NCBI GenBank assembly: GCA_965285935.1
Contig: OZ260661.1
Coordinates: 136,896,001-136,960,000, forward strand
DNA: 64,000 nt
Reading direction: 5' to 3'
Source: Ophelia neglecta
Taxonomy: Eukaryota
The notes under the pieces: model-generated
The model's database searches: none
Seen by the model: only the letters and a program-made list of their open reading frames with translations
What the model was told of the DNA's origin: nothing
In this document: positions 12,259-24,705 of the stretch, in pieces
Position numbering within the stretch: the first letter of the stretch is position 1
How the letters are laid out: each line of letters opens with the position of its first letter
Translations under genes and position numbers: made by a program

Positions 12259-12449
12259 TTAAATGCGGAGGCACTGACCCTGGTGGAGGTAAATTTTCCG
12301 ATTATGACACAAAACCAGACCTACATCACCCTGCCCTGACCTTTTCCCTTACCCTTAAATTAACCCCAGGCCTGAGCATTGCTGAGCATTCTTTGCTTCG
12401 TGTCATTCAGAAATACCCATGACCTTCGCCTCAGCACCTCCGCATTTAA
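12259..12449. mobile_element. MITE with TTAAATGCGGAGG inverted repeats
   Basis: TTAAATGCGGAGG (12259-12271) and CCTCCGCATTTAA (12437-12449); internal ACCCTTAAATTAACCC is shared with a diverged copy near 54190-54355. Confidence 0.65.
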
Positions 12450-14154
12450 ACAATAGCCTAGGGTATGAGAGATAAATTCCAAAGCCAATTACTTCATCAA
12501 TAATTTAATATGCATTGTAAACGCCAGCTGCTATGTTCCTCGGGCTGTCGTTTGCTTAACTTTATCTCAATTCGCATCTGTATGAAGCTTATATGCGATT
12601 ACATCACTGGTATTTATTGTTTCGGATTTGGCATTTGAATCATCACAGAAATTATAAGAACATCTGTAATACGCAGGGGGCCGTTAATTGTGCAGGTGCC
12701 GGTCGGTGCCAATGAAAATTGGAGGTACGGCAGATACACAGGTGCTGCACTGGAACAGATGCAGAATGTGGAACATGCGCTGCATGTGAAAGTTTCAGGC
12801 GAACCGGGTGCAAACTACAGGTGGTTCCGATGGTAAGTTGTTGGACTACAGATAGCCTTATAAAGTACCAACAAAGACAAACGTTTTTTTTGGATTGCGG
12901 AAAGATGGAATTTAGAAAGAGGTGTTTCAGCGTTTGCTCAACATTACATAAAAATGTCAGATGATCACCTTATATTGAACGATCTTCAGGACAAGCAGCG
13001 CCTTTCTTAACGCAAGACAAGTAGTCATCGTGCACTTACATTTTGTATGTTGCCCAATGAATTAGTCGTCCATAAGTAAAACTGAAAGGAATAACAAAGA
13101 GTTAAGTCATTCAGGCTATACCAATGCATTGAGGTGTAGAAATATACACGCTTACCGCAAGTATGATGACCATCTCTATAACTAATCCACTGATATTTGT
13201 TACTATCGTTTTAACCAGGAGCCCACTATCGTTTTAACCAGGAGCCCGGAATAAAATGCTAGTATTGGCCTTTATTACCAAAGGATGATTTGTCAACGCG
13301 CTAACCGCAGCTCCAAATTGCCCAAAAAAGAATCGTAGACACTACATTGATATTGCGCCGCTAATGTAAGTAACATCCTTTCACAGGTAACAACAGAAAC
13401 AATAAATTATTCTAGCTTGCATGACTCTCGCTTAACTGTTTAAAAGCCCCTCCTGTGCCCGGGCATGGTCAGTCGGCAAATGATTTCTGAGTCATTTGTG
13501 AAAACGTATATTTATGAACATTCTATACAGATTTAGGCCAGCCAATAACTCACCTGGGACTAAGGTGAACATGTCCATGATAGTCCAAGAACTCTCATTC
13601 CCAGCCCCTCGCGTGTAATTGTGTAAAATAACTATTGTACGTGCTTTTTCCATTCAACCTACCCCTACCACCCAACCCCGGGTTTCCCCCCTCTCCCCCC
13701 AAAAAAGTTCCCAACCCATTGGAGAGGTATTTTTTTCTGAAAATGATAAGGCCTAATATGTTTTGCCCTTAATGCCTATAAAGTGTAATTAAAAAGTTGC
13801 ATGCAATGCATTGTGCTAGACCATGATCATGGTTTGGACATTCTCTATTAAAAATCTCATTGTATGCTGAAGGCAACTAACATCACCTGAAACAGAAAGA
13901 TGAAACTAGCAGGAGGAAAACAGGATAGCTTGCGGAAATAGAAGACGAGACGAGGGTATTAATCAAGACATCAATTGGGGCAGAGAAAGTCAACCATCTT
14001 AAACGCCTGTTCTACATAGGCCTAGTTATCACATGGATTATTATTTACTGCTGCTATTACTATAGATGTAAATATGCATGGAAGTGGAACATATGACATT
14101 CATTCATTGATTTATTTTATAGAAGCAAATTTCTCCTGAAGAATACACATTCAT

Positions 14155-14433
14155 TTATGATCCTATTTCATTAAAGTGCCGATATGTACCCGTCCATGCA
14201 ATAGTGATGTTCTTGTATCTACATATAATTGCCGGAACAATGTATAGCATATCAACATGACATCCCACTTCTAGAGCTATAACTCCCGGTCCCCTCAATG
14301 GGTAAACGGAAATGGCTATCCCGTCCCCATTCTTATTTCCCCGGAGAATGTGATATTTTTCAACACATCTTCGAAATGCATAAACATAATCAACCTCCCC
14401 GAATTTGAGTGACGCAGCAGATTTCTCAATCAC
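14155..14433 (-). pseudogene. Degenerate LINE APE endonuclease fragment
   Basis: YHILRGNKNGDGIAISV..TYRHFN resembles YxxxRxDR.GGGVAxYV..YRPP. Confidence 0.35.
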
Positions 14434-15059
14434 AAAACTTTACAGAATATATGAACTTTCGAAATATTGCTTATAGAAAGGTGTCTTTCAACCTGAAATA
14501 TTAATCGGACCGTGTGCTTGGCAGCCGATTCTTAACCACTCATTGTAGCGTGCTGGGATTGGGGTGTGTGGTGAATAGGTATTACTAGGGCCTGTTTTTT
14601 ACGGGGTGTTGAAAATAAGAACCAATCATGCAAATTTTCTAGTATACAAATGATGGGTATGAAATAAACAATTTAAGATATCCCATTTTTATTAAATATA
14701 TGCCTCTTGAAGGTCGCTTCTATTTTTTATTAAATAGCTGGTCGTATGTAGAAAAAAATAATTAATTCTTGAGTGGATGAGAACCAAGATTTTACATTAA
14801 TGCTTTATAATATCATTTCAAGCTCTTTTTACTTTTTTGGAGGTGGAAATGGACTTGTTGATGTGCATGGTGTATATGTCTAGGCGCCTTCCGGTAGAAA
14901 GGTGTTCTGTTCGCACAGGGAGGGGCATAGATCTAGGCACCTTCCTGTGTATAGTTCTGTGTTCTGTTTCCCAACCGGATGGTGTTTTTGTGTAGTAGTT
15001 TTTAAATCTTTCATTTGTTAAGATCTACTCCGAGATACACTTTGGTAGGAAGGACGACT

Positions 15060-15720
15060 TATGTTTTTCTATACTTTGGGACATGACGATGTAGCATTGT
15101 CGTGAAACGAGTGCGGCAGTCCCCAGGTATTGCGTGAGGCACAATAAAACATGACAAACAACTTGGCAAGAAGAATATTTTCCGTCCAACTTTTAATGGG
15201 TGGAACCCGGTTTCCTCGTAGCTAAGGGCATGTGACGGGCACCACTTATTATTCTCGAGCATTTTAATTGTATTGTATGGGGAGAAAAAGATCTACACAC
15301 CATTACTTGGGTCCGTCGTGGGCATCTACATTTCAAAAGGTTTAGCATATTGGCTTAGTTCAGTGCTCGTGCAGTCAAACTGGAATGGGTTCGCCAAGAC
15401 AGCTTTGGAGTGATGGAGAGTCACAAATGGAAAAAATTGTCAGAAATTGGCAGAGTTTAAACCGCTAGAATAACTGTGCTGCTGTAGGGTTTCTAAGTGG
15501 GCTAAATATTGGAGATTGTGTCTTGAATTGATTAAATTGACAAACCATTGATCAAGACTGGCCATTATTTTTTGGATCCGGTAGCGATGATAGCATTTTG
15601 TTTGCAAAAGGTGAAGTATCATTAACAAATAATATACGTCGCTATTCACACAACTGGCTATGTCGTTTATGCCAAGGAGATACAGGAAAGGCCCTAGGAC
15701 AGACAAGTGCGGTAGACGTC
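15060..15720 (-). pseudogene. Old CR1 RT/C-terminal fragment related to the element at 5.4-11.1 kb
   Basis: PHLSVLGPFLYLLGINDI..LFANDTS and IQLKCSRIISGAR..YEETGFHPL, compared with IQLNCLRIICGAR..YNETGFSPL in the intact copy. Confidence 0.7.
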
Positions 15721-18473
15721 TTTCTTTATGTCCCCATATATTCTGTACGAGACAATACATTACAGACTGACTTATTAGTCCACCCTTGACGGTGCGCGTG
15801 TCCATACCGGGTACACCAGGTACGCTGGTTGGTTAAGGGAGAGTCTATAATTAATCATAAAGTATGAAATGACAAATAGCGATGTCTAAACCTCTAAACG
15901 ATCGCGAGCTCTGTTTGAAGCTGAAAGACCAAGATATGATCAGGATGAATGGAATGAATCCGTAATGCCCTGCGTTGGGGAGTAAACCCTAACCTTATCA
16001 TAGTCACTCCGGTATTGAGTGTACAAAAACATGTGCGTCCGATCGCTAAAAAGAAAAAGAATAAATAGCCACCTATGTACTTGTGATTCGACTCAGGGGA
16101 TTGTGTTTTTCATTTGTTGCAAGAGCAGATGTTGTGGTTCATGAAAATACAACCTCATGTGTATAAAAACCATTCGAGACGACACAATCAAATGCAGGAT
16201 ATGCATTATGCAAGTAATGTGATGAGATAGTGATGAATATAGCGCAGAAAAACATCTGCTATAACTCATATACATCTACTGTAATACCAGAGCATGTAAG
16301 TGGGCACAAAAGGTGGCATACATAAACTCTTTAGTCTAACAGTTCTGAAAATGAAATATGCAGTGTTGGTGGCAAATGTGCTGCATCAAGTTGGAAGCAC
16401 TCATGCACCGATACAGCAGTGATATATCGTCTTGAGCTTCGCTTTCTATTGGCGCCTGAATATTTCCACCTGTATTTTCTACTTAGAATAGTGGTTCCCA
16501 GATAAACAATTACATAAGTTTAAATAATCATACTTTGTTAAGCTAAACTTTTGATTAATCAGTAAGGTTTGCATAACATTTCTTGAAAAACAGAATATAA
16601 CTAGACAGTATGGACAACCTTTTGACAGCCGGACTAGAGAAAAATCTCTCTACCGGGGACTGAAGCACCTCAAGCGACTGGAACACCTCAAGTGTCCTTC
16701 CTTGAGGGAAAACCTCTCAGCAATTAGGGACTTAAACTCGAAAAAGATCTCTATCTATACAGAGGGGTTCGCCCACATGATAATACCACTAAATACCTGT
16801 GTTTAGTCCTTGCAATAAAGGTGACTCTGGGAATGGAATATTCTCCATTAAGCCTAGGGCAAAGTGACCCTTGACTACGGTAGACAGCAGCCTTCATTTG
16901 CCATTTACGCTTACCTATGACCGTCACCATAAATTTATGCTCCTGGAATCACACACTGTCTGGGTGACAACGTATCGCCAATTAGGGCAGATGTAAGCCC
17001 AGCGCCAATAACTACAACATCATTAGTCATTGAATGACTATAGTACAAAGCGGAAATGTTGGCTTGCTTTCGTAGCCGTCGGAAACAAGTCCATAATGCA
17101 CTTGTAACTTGAAAGCTTACATAGGATATAGTCCATACATAACGTCAGTAATGAGCATGCACCAACTGCATGAGCAGTGCGTGCAAATGTAGAAAAGGAA
17201 ACAAATCAACGGAAGTTATTATACTTACAAAAAAGCATCAGTATCAAATCCGAGTCCATTGGACTGGATTATTGCAAACTACATGACCCGGGGCTGTGCA
17301 CCAAAACGTTAGGGGTTCTTTGTAGACGGGTATGATAGTACGTAGGTGGTCAGATGGATGGGGCAGGGGTAAGTGTAATGTAGGCTAGGTAGTCTCCAGG
17401 AATTTTTGGACAGAAATTGCACATACGGTTGCTAATATATTATGATCGCCTTTCATCATTAACGAAGAGATCTTCTAAAGGAAGGTTACACAACCATTAC
17501 AAGTAATTGCAGTATATGTCAAATAAATTTGTATCCGGACATCAATTTGCTCAAAAGCCAAACTAGAGGTGTGACAATGCAAATCAATCCCTCTCAGGGG
17601 TTCCAGAAGTGACAAGAGCCATTTGCTCATCAGTCAGACGAGTTGATTCTACTCGTGGCTGGCCAGTGGGTCCATTTGTGTAAACTGACGCTAGAACCAT
17701 GCAAAACAAAATATATATACTGTCATACATTTAGACTATCCTTGGTGCTATGTTTACAGCCTGACACTGTGGGATTACAGAGTTATTAGTACACTTTACA
17801 TTAGTCGACACCTAGCTAGAGCATACGTCAGCTATTGTATTGATTTTGGGCAACTCAGTGATTCTTATATTGACTCTTTTGGTTTGCATCTGGTATTATT
17901 CCTAATAATACTAGACAGGTGCATGATTTATATATTTCGCAACCCAGAACATATACTTAAAAATGTAGTCCCTCATATAAGACAGCCTCCCCACATAATA
18001 ATGATTCTTGAGAAATAGCACGTCCCTGCTTGATACACACTTTTCGTTAAATAACAAAATACTACTTATTAGAAGCATTTCGACCACATAGTTCGTGTTT
18101 TGCTTGTTTGTTTTGCTGAGATATATACCCTTTTTGCACAATTTTCTCCAATGTTGTAGGGGCGGGGCCGGTTGCGATGGGTTCTGCAGTGAAAGTGATA
18201 TTTGTCGGCATGGACGGGCTGTTCCAGCGCTGCCGAAATCCACCATATATCTATGCACATTTCTATCCTTTTTCCCATTTATATTTCCTATATAATTGAT
18301 TCGTCAACGTTATATTTCTAAATGTTCCTTCTATTTTAATTTTTTCAAATGTTCCCTCTGCATTAGGGGCTAAAGTATGTTCATACATGTATATGTACAA
18401 ACAAGTGGGGTTCTCTAAATTATGCTGCATGGTAATGATATTATCTTTTTGGGGGGACTGCCCGAATTTTCGC

Positions 18474-18864
18474 CCATTGGTCCGAAGACCCATTGGTCCG
18501 ACGGCCTGTTGGTCCTATTTCCCCGTCTTGTTTATTGTTTATTGTGGATGATTAGTCTCGGAAGTTCGGGCCCGTGAGCTGCCTACCCTTTGTACGAATT
18601 CTTGGAGTCTTAACTAGAATATAATATCTTTGGATTTATTGGAGAAACTGTGTTTTATGCTTTGTGAATAAATTATAATATACATTTTCGGATAAATTGG
18701 AGAAACTATGTTTTATGCTTTGTGAATAGGATTTTGTTTAGTATCGAGGAACTATATTTCTCGCAACCGTACCTGACGGGTCCGAACTTCCGAGACTAAA
18801 CATCCCCAGGTGGTAAGTTAATTTAACAAATAAGACGGGAAAAGGACATATAGGCCGTCGGACC
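18474..18864. mobile_element. Foldback / nested MITE structure
   Basis: Outer IR GGTCCGACGGCC (18495-18506) / GGCCGTCGGACC (18853-18864), extending ~40 bp. Inner IR TAGTCTCGGAAGTTCGG (18553-) / CCGAACTTCCGAGACTA (-18798). An internal 33-bp direct repeat is also present. Confidence 0.7.
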
Positions 18865-21800
18865 AAACCCCCAACCACATTCCGGTTTCCAGCAAGTTTC
18901 AAAGAATTCCAGGGCGCATGAAAAATATTTACAGCAAACCGTGGCATAAGAATGCACATATTACTGTGTCTACGGGAGATTGAAAAATTATTGAACTCTT
19001 TATCAATTTTTGGCTGTACTCTGCAGTGTCAGTACACATTAATGTAATTATATTCACCATTTCTGCATGGTCTGCCCCAATTTATTCGAAATTTAAGTCA
19101 TAATAACGGCGTGTTTTCACATGAATTATTTTCTATTTTTTTATTAATTTCAAAAAATTATTTATCAGTCAACGGAATCAAAAGTAATAATTATGAGCAT
19201 GCGAAAATGTAAAGCACGGAAAACTTTTTTTTATATAATCAAAAGCTCAGAGAGAAACGATTCAATGTATATCGCACCACATACAATGTGTAGGCTTAAG
19301 GCTCCAGCAATTTGTGTTTAACCTGGAAAGGTATTTATCCCCAGCTTAGCCTTTAATGGTTATACTCGTTGTCATATTTTGGGTAAGAAAGTTGAAATTT
19401 CTTGTTATCGATCATGCCATAAACAAGAATAAAAAAGGACACCTGCGCAGTATATGGTCCCATATGTGTGTAAAATGTAAAATCGAGAACAAAATCAAAA
19501 CATGATTATTCTGATCATTTAAAAAGATGAACCGAATGGAACGCGAGAACTACTGTTCCTTCATTCAGACGATTCCTGAAAGGGGTCTTCCTGGACGTGG
19601 GAATTTGGTACCATATTTCCAGTCTGAATTGAGACAATTTCATCATTATTCTCAATGCTTTGCGAGACCTTGGAACATCTCAATCTCAAGTGGCATGTTT
19701 CATCCCTGTCCTAGGTTGATCACTGGCTCGTCGTTTGTCCGTCATTCTGACCCGCATCATGTAAAACTATCAAGTTATGTTATGTCAAGTTCGTTTACTG
19801 TTTGGGAGCTGAACATTGAATTATCGATGTGCGTTAGCCTGTGACTGCCGATTTCTGACGATTTCGGGCTGACTTTATGGATTATTTTTAACGAAGATTT
19901 GGCTATGCTAACTGGTATCAACACCCGTTTCTTTTAAATAATTAAGGTAAATGTACATGATATTGCATATATTTTATATACCAAGAAGGGACATGAAATT
20001 CCGTTTTGGCCACATTTCTATATCAAAACGGCTCAAATGGAAGACTACTGGGTGGCGAAAGCTGCTTTTAGTCTGTTTAATATGGGGTGTGACCGTATTT
20101 CGAGGCTTGTAATTTACCACTGTCTGCCTCGTCGGGATTTAAGGCGTTATTTTTATACTTGTACTAATCGAATTCTAACCAATGGGACCAATGCCACATG
20201 CCATTAAGTAACTTTCAATACAAAAAGGTGACCTAGCTTTCCAAGCAATGGTTTTGTCCTTTTACCTTTTGGGGATATATCAGCGCGGCCTATTGATGCA
20301 ATAAAAAACCTAATCTAGTTGTTCATTTTACAAGAATCTCTTAGGTTTAGCATCATTTACGAACATAATAATGTCTTAAACGCCAGTAGGAAAAGCTTTA
20401 TGGTTTATACATTTTATTTATTAATACATAATTAAAAACAAAGCTTATGAGCGTTGTACGTATATGTAAAAACGAATTTAATAAATAATGAGTAGTTTAA
20501 GCTATATTTCATTTTACAAATTGGTCGGCTTATGGTTACTTGTGTTAAGTACGAGTCATGAATAGCACTACATTGTTGTTCACGGCAGACATAAATGACA
20601 TGACACGAAAATATGCAAAAAATGGGATTTACAAAAGTGAAATAATCAAATTGGCCAACAAGAATTCAATACGAAACAAGTTTAGATATTAACATCTATT
20701 TACTTGTTATCCCTGATTACATATACGCACATTTCTTATTATAATATATTCACATACTAATATTTAACACAAAGTCATACCTAAGAAATTCACTTCTCTA
20801 AAGAAACAATGGTTAAATTAAGCCAGCCCTCAAACAACGTCATTCATGAAGCAACGACAATGCGGTGGTAATTACCGATCAAGCCGTGTACACCAGCTGA
20901 ATGCAACGTGCAGTAACTTAGAAAACATCAGAAAAGATTTGGAACATAAGCCAAATCAGAAGTCAAGAATAATCGTTTGATTCATTCAAAAATCACAAGT
21001 AACTTGCGGTTACAGCCCCACATACGACAATTAATCATTCATCAGCTCTCAAACAGAAAACATGTAACGATACGTAATATCCAAAAGAATATATCCATTT
21101 AACTTGCAATAAAGCATTTGTCCAATATGTGAATAACGTTCTATTTGTTCTGCTTGCCCATTGATCAGGCTAAAAGCTTTTGCAACTTTGTTCTTAGAAT
21201 ATCAGTGAAATATTAAAATGCAGTTTTCTTTCGCTTGTCATATCATTATTGTTAAACTTTCTTGCTTTCAAATGATTTTCGAATTTCGAGGTACCTGTTC
21301 AGTGTCAGCATCTTTATAAAGCCACCTTCAGATTTGGAATCCTGCTGGAGGTGAAGCTTGATATGATTGCTGTGATAATAGCATGTCTGTTTTGTATATT
21401 TGACGAAATTTTTTATGAGCATTACAAGACAATTTACTGCTTGGGAGCTGAGGATTGACGCATGTGGGGCTGATGATTTATGACCAATTAAATGGGCTAT
21501 TCTCTATAAATGACTTTTACTTTTAGGTCGGGTTTCACTCTCATTCTATGTTCGTCTTGCTGTTTTGCTGGGACAGCTTCATTGCCTGTGGAAACTCAAG
21601 TGCGTTGTGTTTCTATTACTGGCATAGACAAAATACTAGCCTTTTGCGTGTTCAAAGAAGCATATATACATATATAAGCTATGGGTCCATAGAGTGCTTA
21701 TATAGAGAAAAAGTACATACTGGTACTGCAATATATGCGTTAAATGAACCTAACCCTAAGGTAAGTTCATTAATCTTGAAGTAACTGGTACTACTATGTT

Positions 21801-23559
21801 TTGTTTGGATTGTAATTTCAAATCAAAATGGCTCAAACTACTCCTGGTAAAAATTACCATTACCAGTCTTACCAGTTCCAGCAAAATGGTCATCAGAATT
21901 TAAATCTCTACCAGTTTGTTCCACTAACAGGGCATTTAAGCCATAATTCAGATTTAAAAAAAATTAAATCTGTCTACTTTATCTAATGACCTTTCGCTGT
22001 ACCTCTGTAATGTTACAAACAGGAATAATAGTCTACCAGTTGAACTCGAATTGTATGATAGTGTTGTAAAGCCTAAAAATTAGAGTGTGTAAATTGTTAA
22101 ACACTGATCAGGTTGGAGGAGAGTCTTTGGAATTAATTATCTTAAATGCAAGCGATATTGAGAATTTAAGTAAACGATACATTCGAAACTTGTGTATGTT
22201 TAATTTGGGACTTCTCTTTCTAAATAGCGAAAACTATTACTTTATTTCTCATTAAAGCGGAATTTTTGAAACGTACTTGTATTTGAAATATATATGTTAT
22301 ATCGATTTATATACTCTTTGAAGGAGTAAATAATTCTATTTGTTGTCTGCCAAATATCCACACCCTTTTTCTCTGAATGTGTGATTACATTGCCATATTC
22401 AATAACCTGCAAATGTCTATACTACTTATATAGCATAATAGCCATTGCGCAAAAATGAATGCTTTAGGCTAGGCCACCCAAGAGATATCGACCGAGAACC
22501 TGAATACGTAATGAAGAAATGTCAAAGGTTAAGGAATTATTTCAGGGAATGTAGTGGCCGTTAACCCGCCATCATTACCTGTCAGATTTCGCAAGAGCTT
22601 TGGTATTTTTCACTCTCAATTCGGAATCCCACAAATGTACCCACGCATTATTCTTTGTGTTGTTGTAGTCAGGTCTGAGTAATTCATGCTCGACTGACCC
22701 GGCATTCTTGCTAGAATGACCAGATATTATGACTGAAAGGTTCTATGCAATGCCTGAGCACATTCTGCAAGATAATGGTGTGCTTAAACAATGGGAGCAA
22801 TCCCCGAGTAGCACCAGTCCCCAATGCACCATAAATAAGAGGGCGGGGTTGCAACCGTTGTACACCACGAAAAGCTAGGCACGCATGATAATTATCAGCT
22901 CTAGATGGCGACAAGTCATTGAAGAAACTTGAAGCCTATTTGGTATACATGTGATTAGTTTAGGCTTAGTAATATTCTTGGTCAAAGCAGGATTGAAATT
23001 AGCTGTAGCTTAAACTTTATTTCTGTTTCATTAAAAAGAGGCTTTCCGCATGTAACCACGCTCATCGGAGGCCTAATTGGTTAAGGCTTACAAAATACCG
23101 CCAGATCTCTCTTCAAAAGTAGCTCATATAATCCAAAAGAAGCCGAAGTACCATTTACAGATTTAGAATTCTTTAAAGTCGGTAACACTATGCTGGCGTA
23201 TTATATATGAAAATTATTCATGAACGGGTGCCGCATCGCTTTGTAATGCATGAGCCAGGCTTAAAATACACTTTCTACCTGTTTAACGGATGTGTGGTTT
23301 GACATCGTGATTTCCGTGTATGATGCAGAAATCTATAGAAATTAATCCCCAATTCCACTGGCAAACAAGGCTTAAAACATTTGTGAAACGGGGCATTGAA
23401 TTGATCCGCAGCCATCACCCCACGGATGGATTTCATACTCGAGTATATAATGATCTAGATGAAAAATATGCTGAAGTCTTAACATACGAACGTGTCCCAA
23501 CCTGCGGATAAAGTAATATACAAAGTATTTTCGAAACATATTGGTCAATCTGCTTACTG

Positions 23560-23945
23560 TGTTGTCTCCTGGAATCCTGTATCATCTTTCCTGCTAATCG
23601 ATAAGCTTAGAAATATCAAGTTAGGCCAAGACTAAAAAGACAAAGTGATAAGTTGCTGCATCATTTGCTGCATCCCAGACGGGTATAGTGTGGAAACTAC
23701 TCTACCGATCTCGTCTGTGTGTTTTTCGAATCTGTCATAAAGGCTCTCATTGCCTTTCAGTTCCCTGTCCCGATGTAACCCAAGTGAACAATGATAAGCA
23801 ATGGAAGCACCACAAACTAGAGCGTTAATTGAAAGCGACGTTGTAAGAGGGACCCTGTCAGATTGACCCATATTTTGATGCAGTGTTTCCAACAACCTAA
23901 TGGCCTTTGCACTTTTCTGCCAGACCAGACTGTCAGGTCTTCATC
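23560..23945 (-). pseudogene. Degenerate Gypsy-like integrase fragment
   Basis: Colinear remnants LETLHQNMG, LHRD, STLYPSG and AY..DDTGF resemble LHxxMGH, LHSDQG, TTPYHPxG and AYN..TGF. Confidence 0.4.
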
Positions 23946-24705
23946 ATATAAACGTCGCACCACTAAGTTCCCCAGTCAAATTCGTCTTTTCGACCTCACA
24001 CATATGGATGTTCAACTAAATCGACTTCAATATTGGTAATATATACATCAGTATAAATGTATATAAATTTCTTGCTTTGTTTAAACATATCAAGCTTGAG
24101 TCTGTAATATGCTGGACAAAATACCATAATTTATCATAACGAAGTCATTCATTGTTTCGTTTAAAACGTATTGGAGAGTAATATTTGAATGAATTGCTTA
24201 CTCCAGTTTGAACGCAGTCTCCAGCTTTCGAAAGTAATTTGGAATTTGGAATTCAGCCCTCGAGGACCATTGCTCATTCCTTTGTTTCACTGTAATGCTG
24301 TCTTGACTTTACTCTTCCAATCCCATCTTGAAGATGGCATTACGCTGAGTAAAATAATATCGCCGGACAGACAACCCCTTGATCATTACCCAATGGTTAA
24401 TTGAAAACACCATGAGACTAAAGCAAAGAAATTACAAGCCAAATTGCTAATGAAGCTTCGTCCTAACAAAAAGCTCTATTGGTCATATCAGGTCTCGGTT
24501 TAAATACACCACAATATATGACAAATGACAAATGACAAATGACAAATTTTATTTACCATCCTCCCTGAGGATGTAGGTAAATTTTGCGACATACATATAA
24601 CGTTTAATTGTACAAAATAAAGTATAGGATAGATTGTAATGGCATAGGCACATGGCTTTGCAGTAAACAGAACGGTTTGATATTGACAATGAAAGCAAAA
24701 CAATC

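Noticed and set aside
21527-21760. 234-bp open frame between a good acceptor and a good donor on +
   Set aside because: Peptide is unrecognisable, includes TA-repeat-derived sequence, and has no partner exons.
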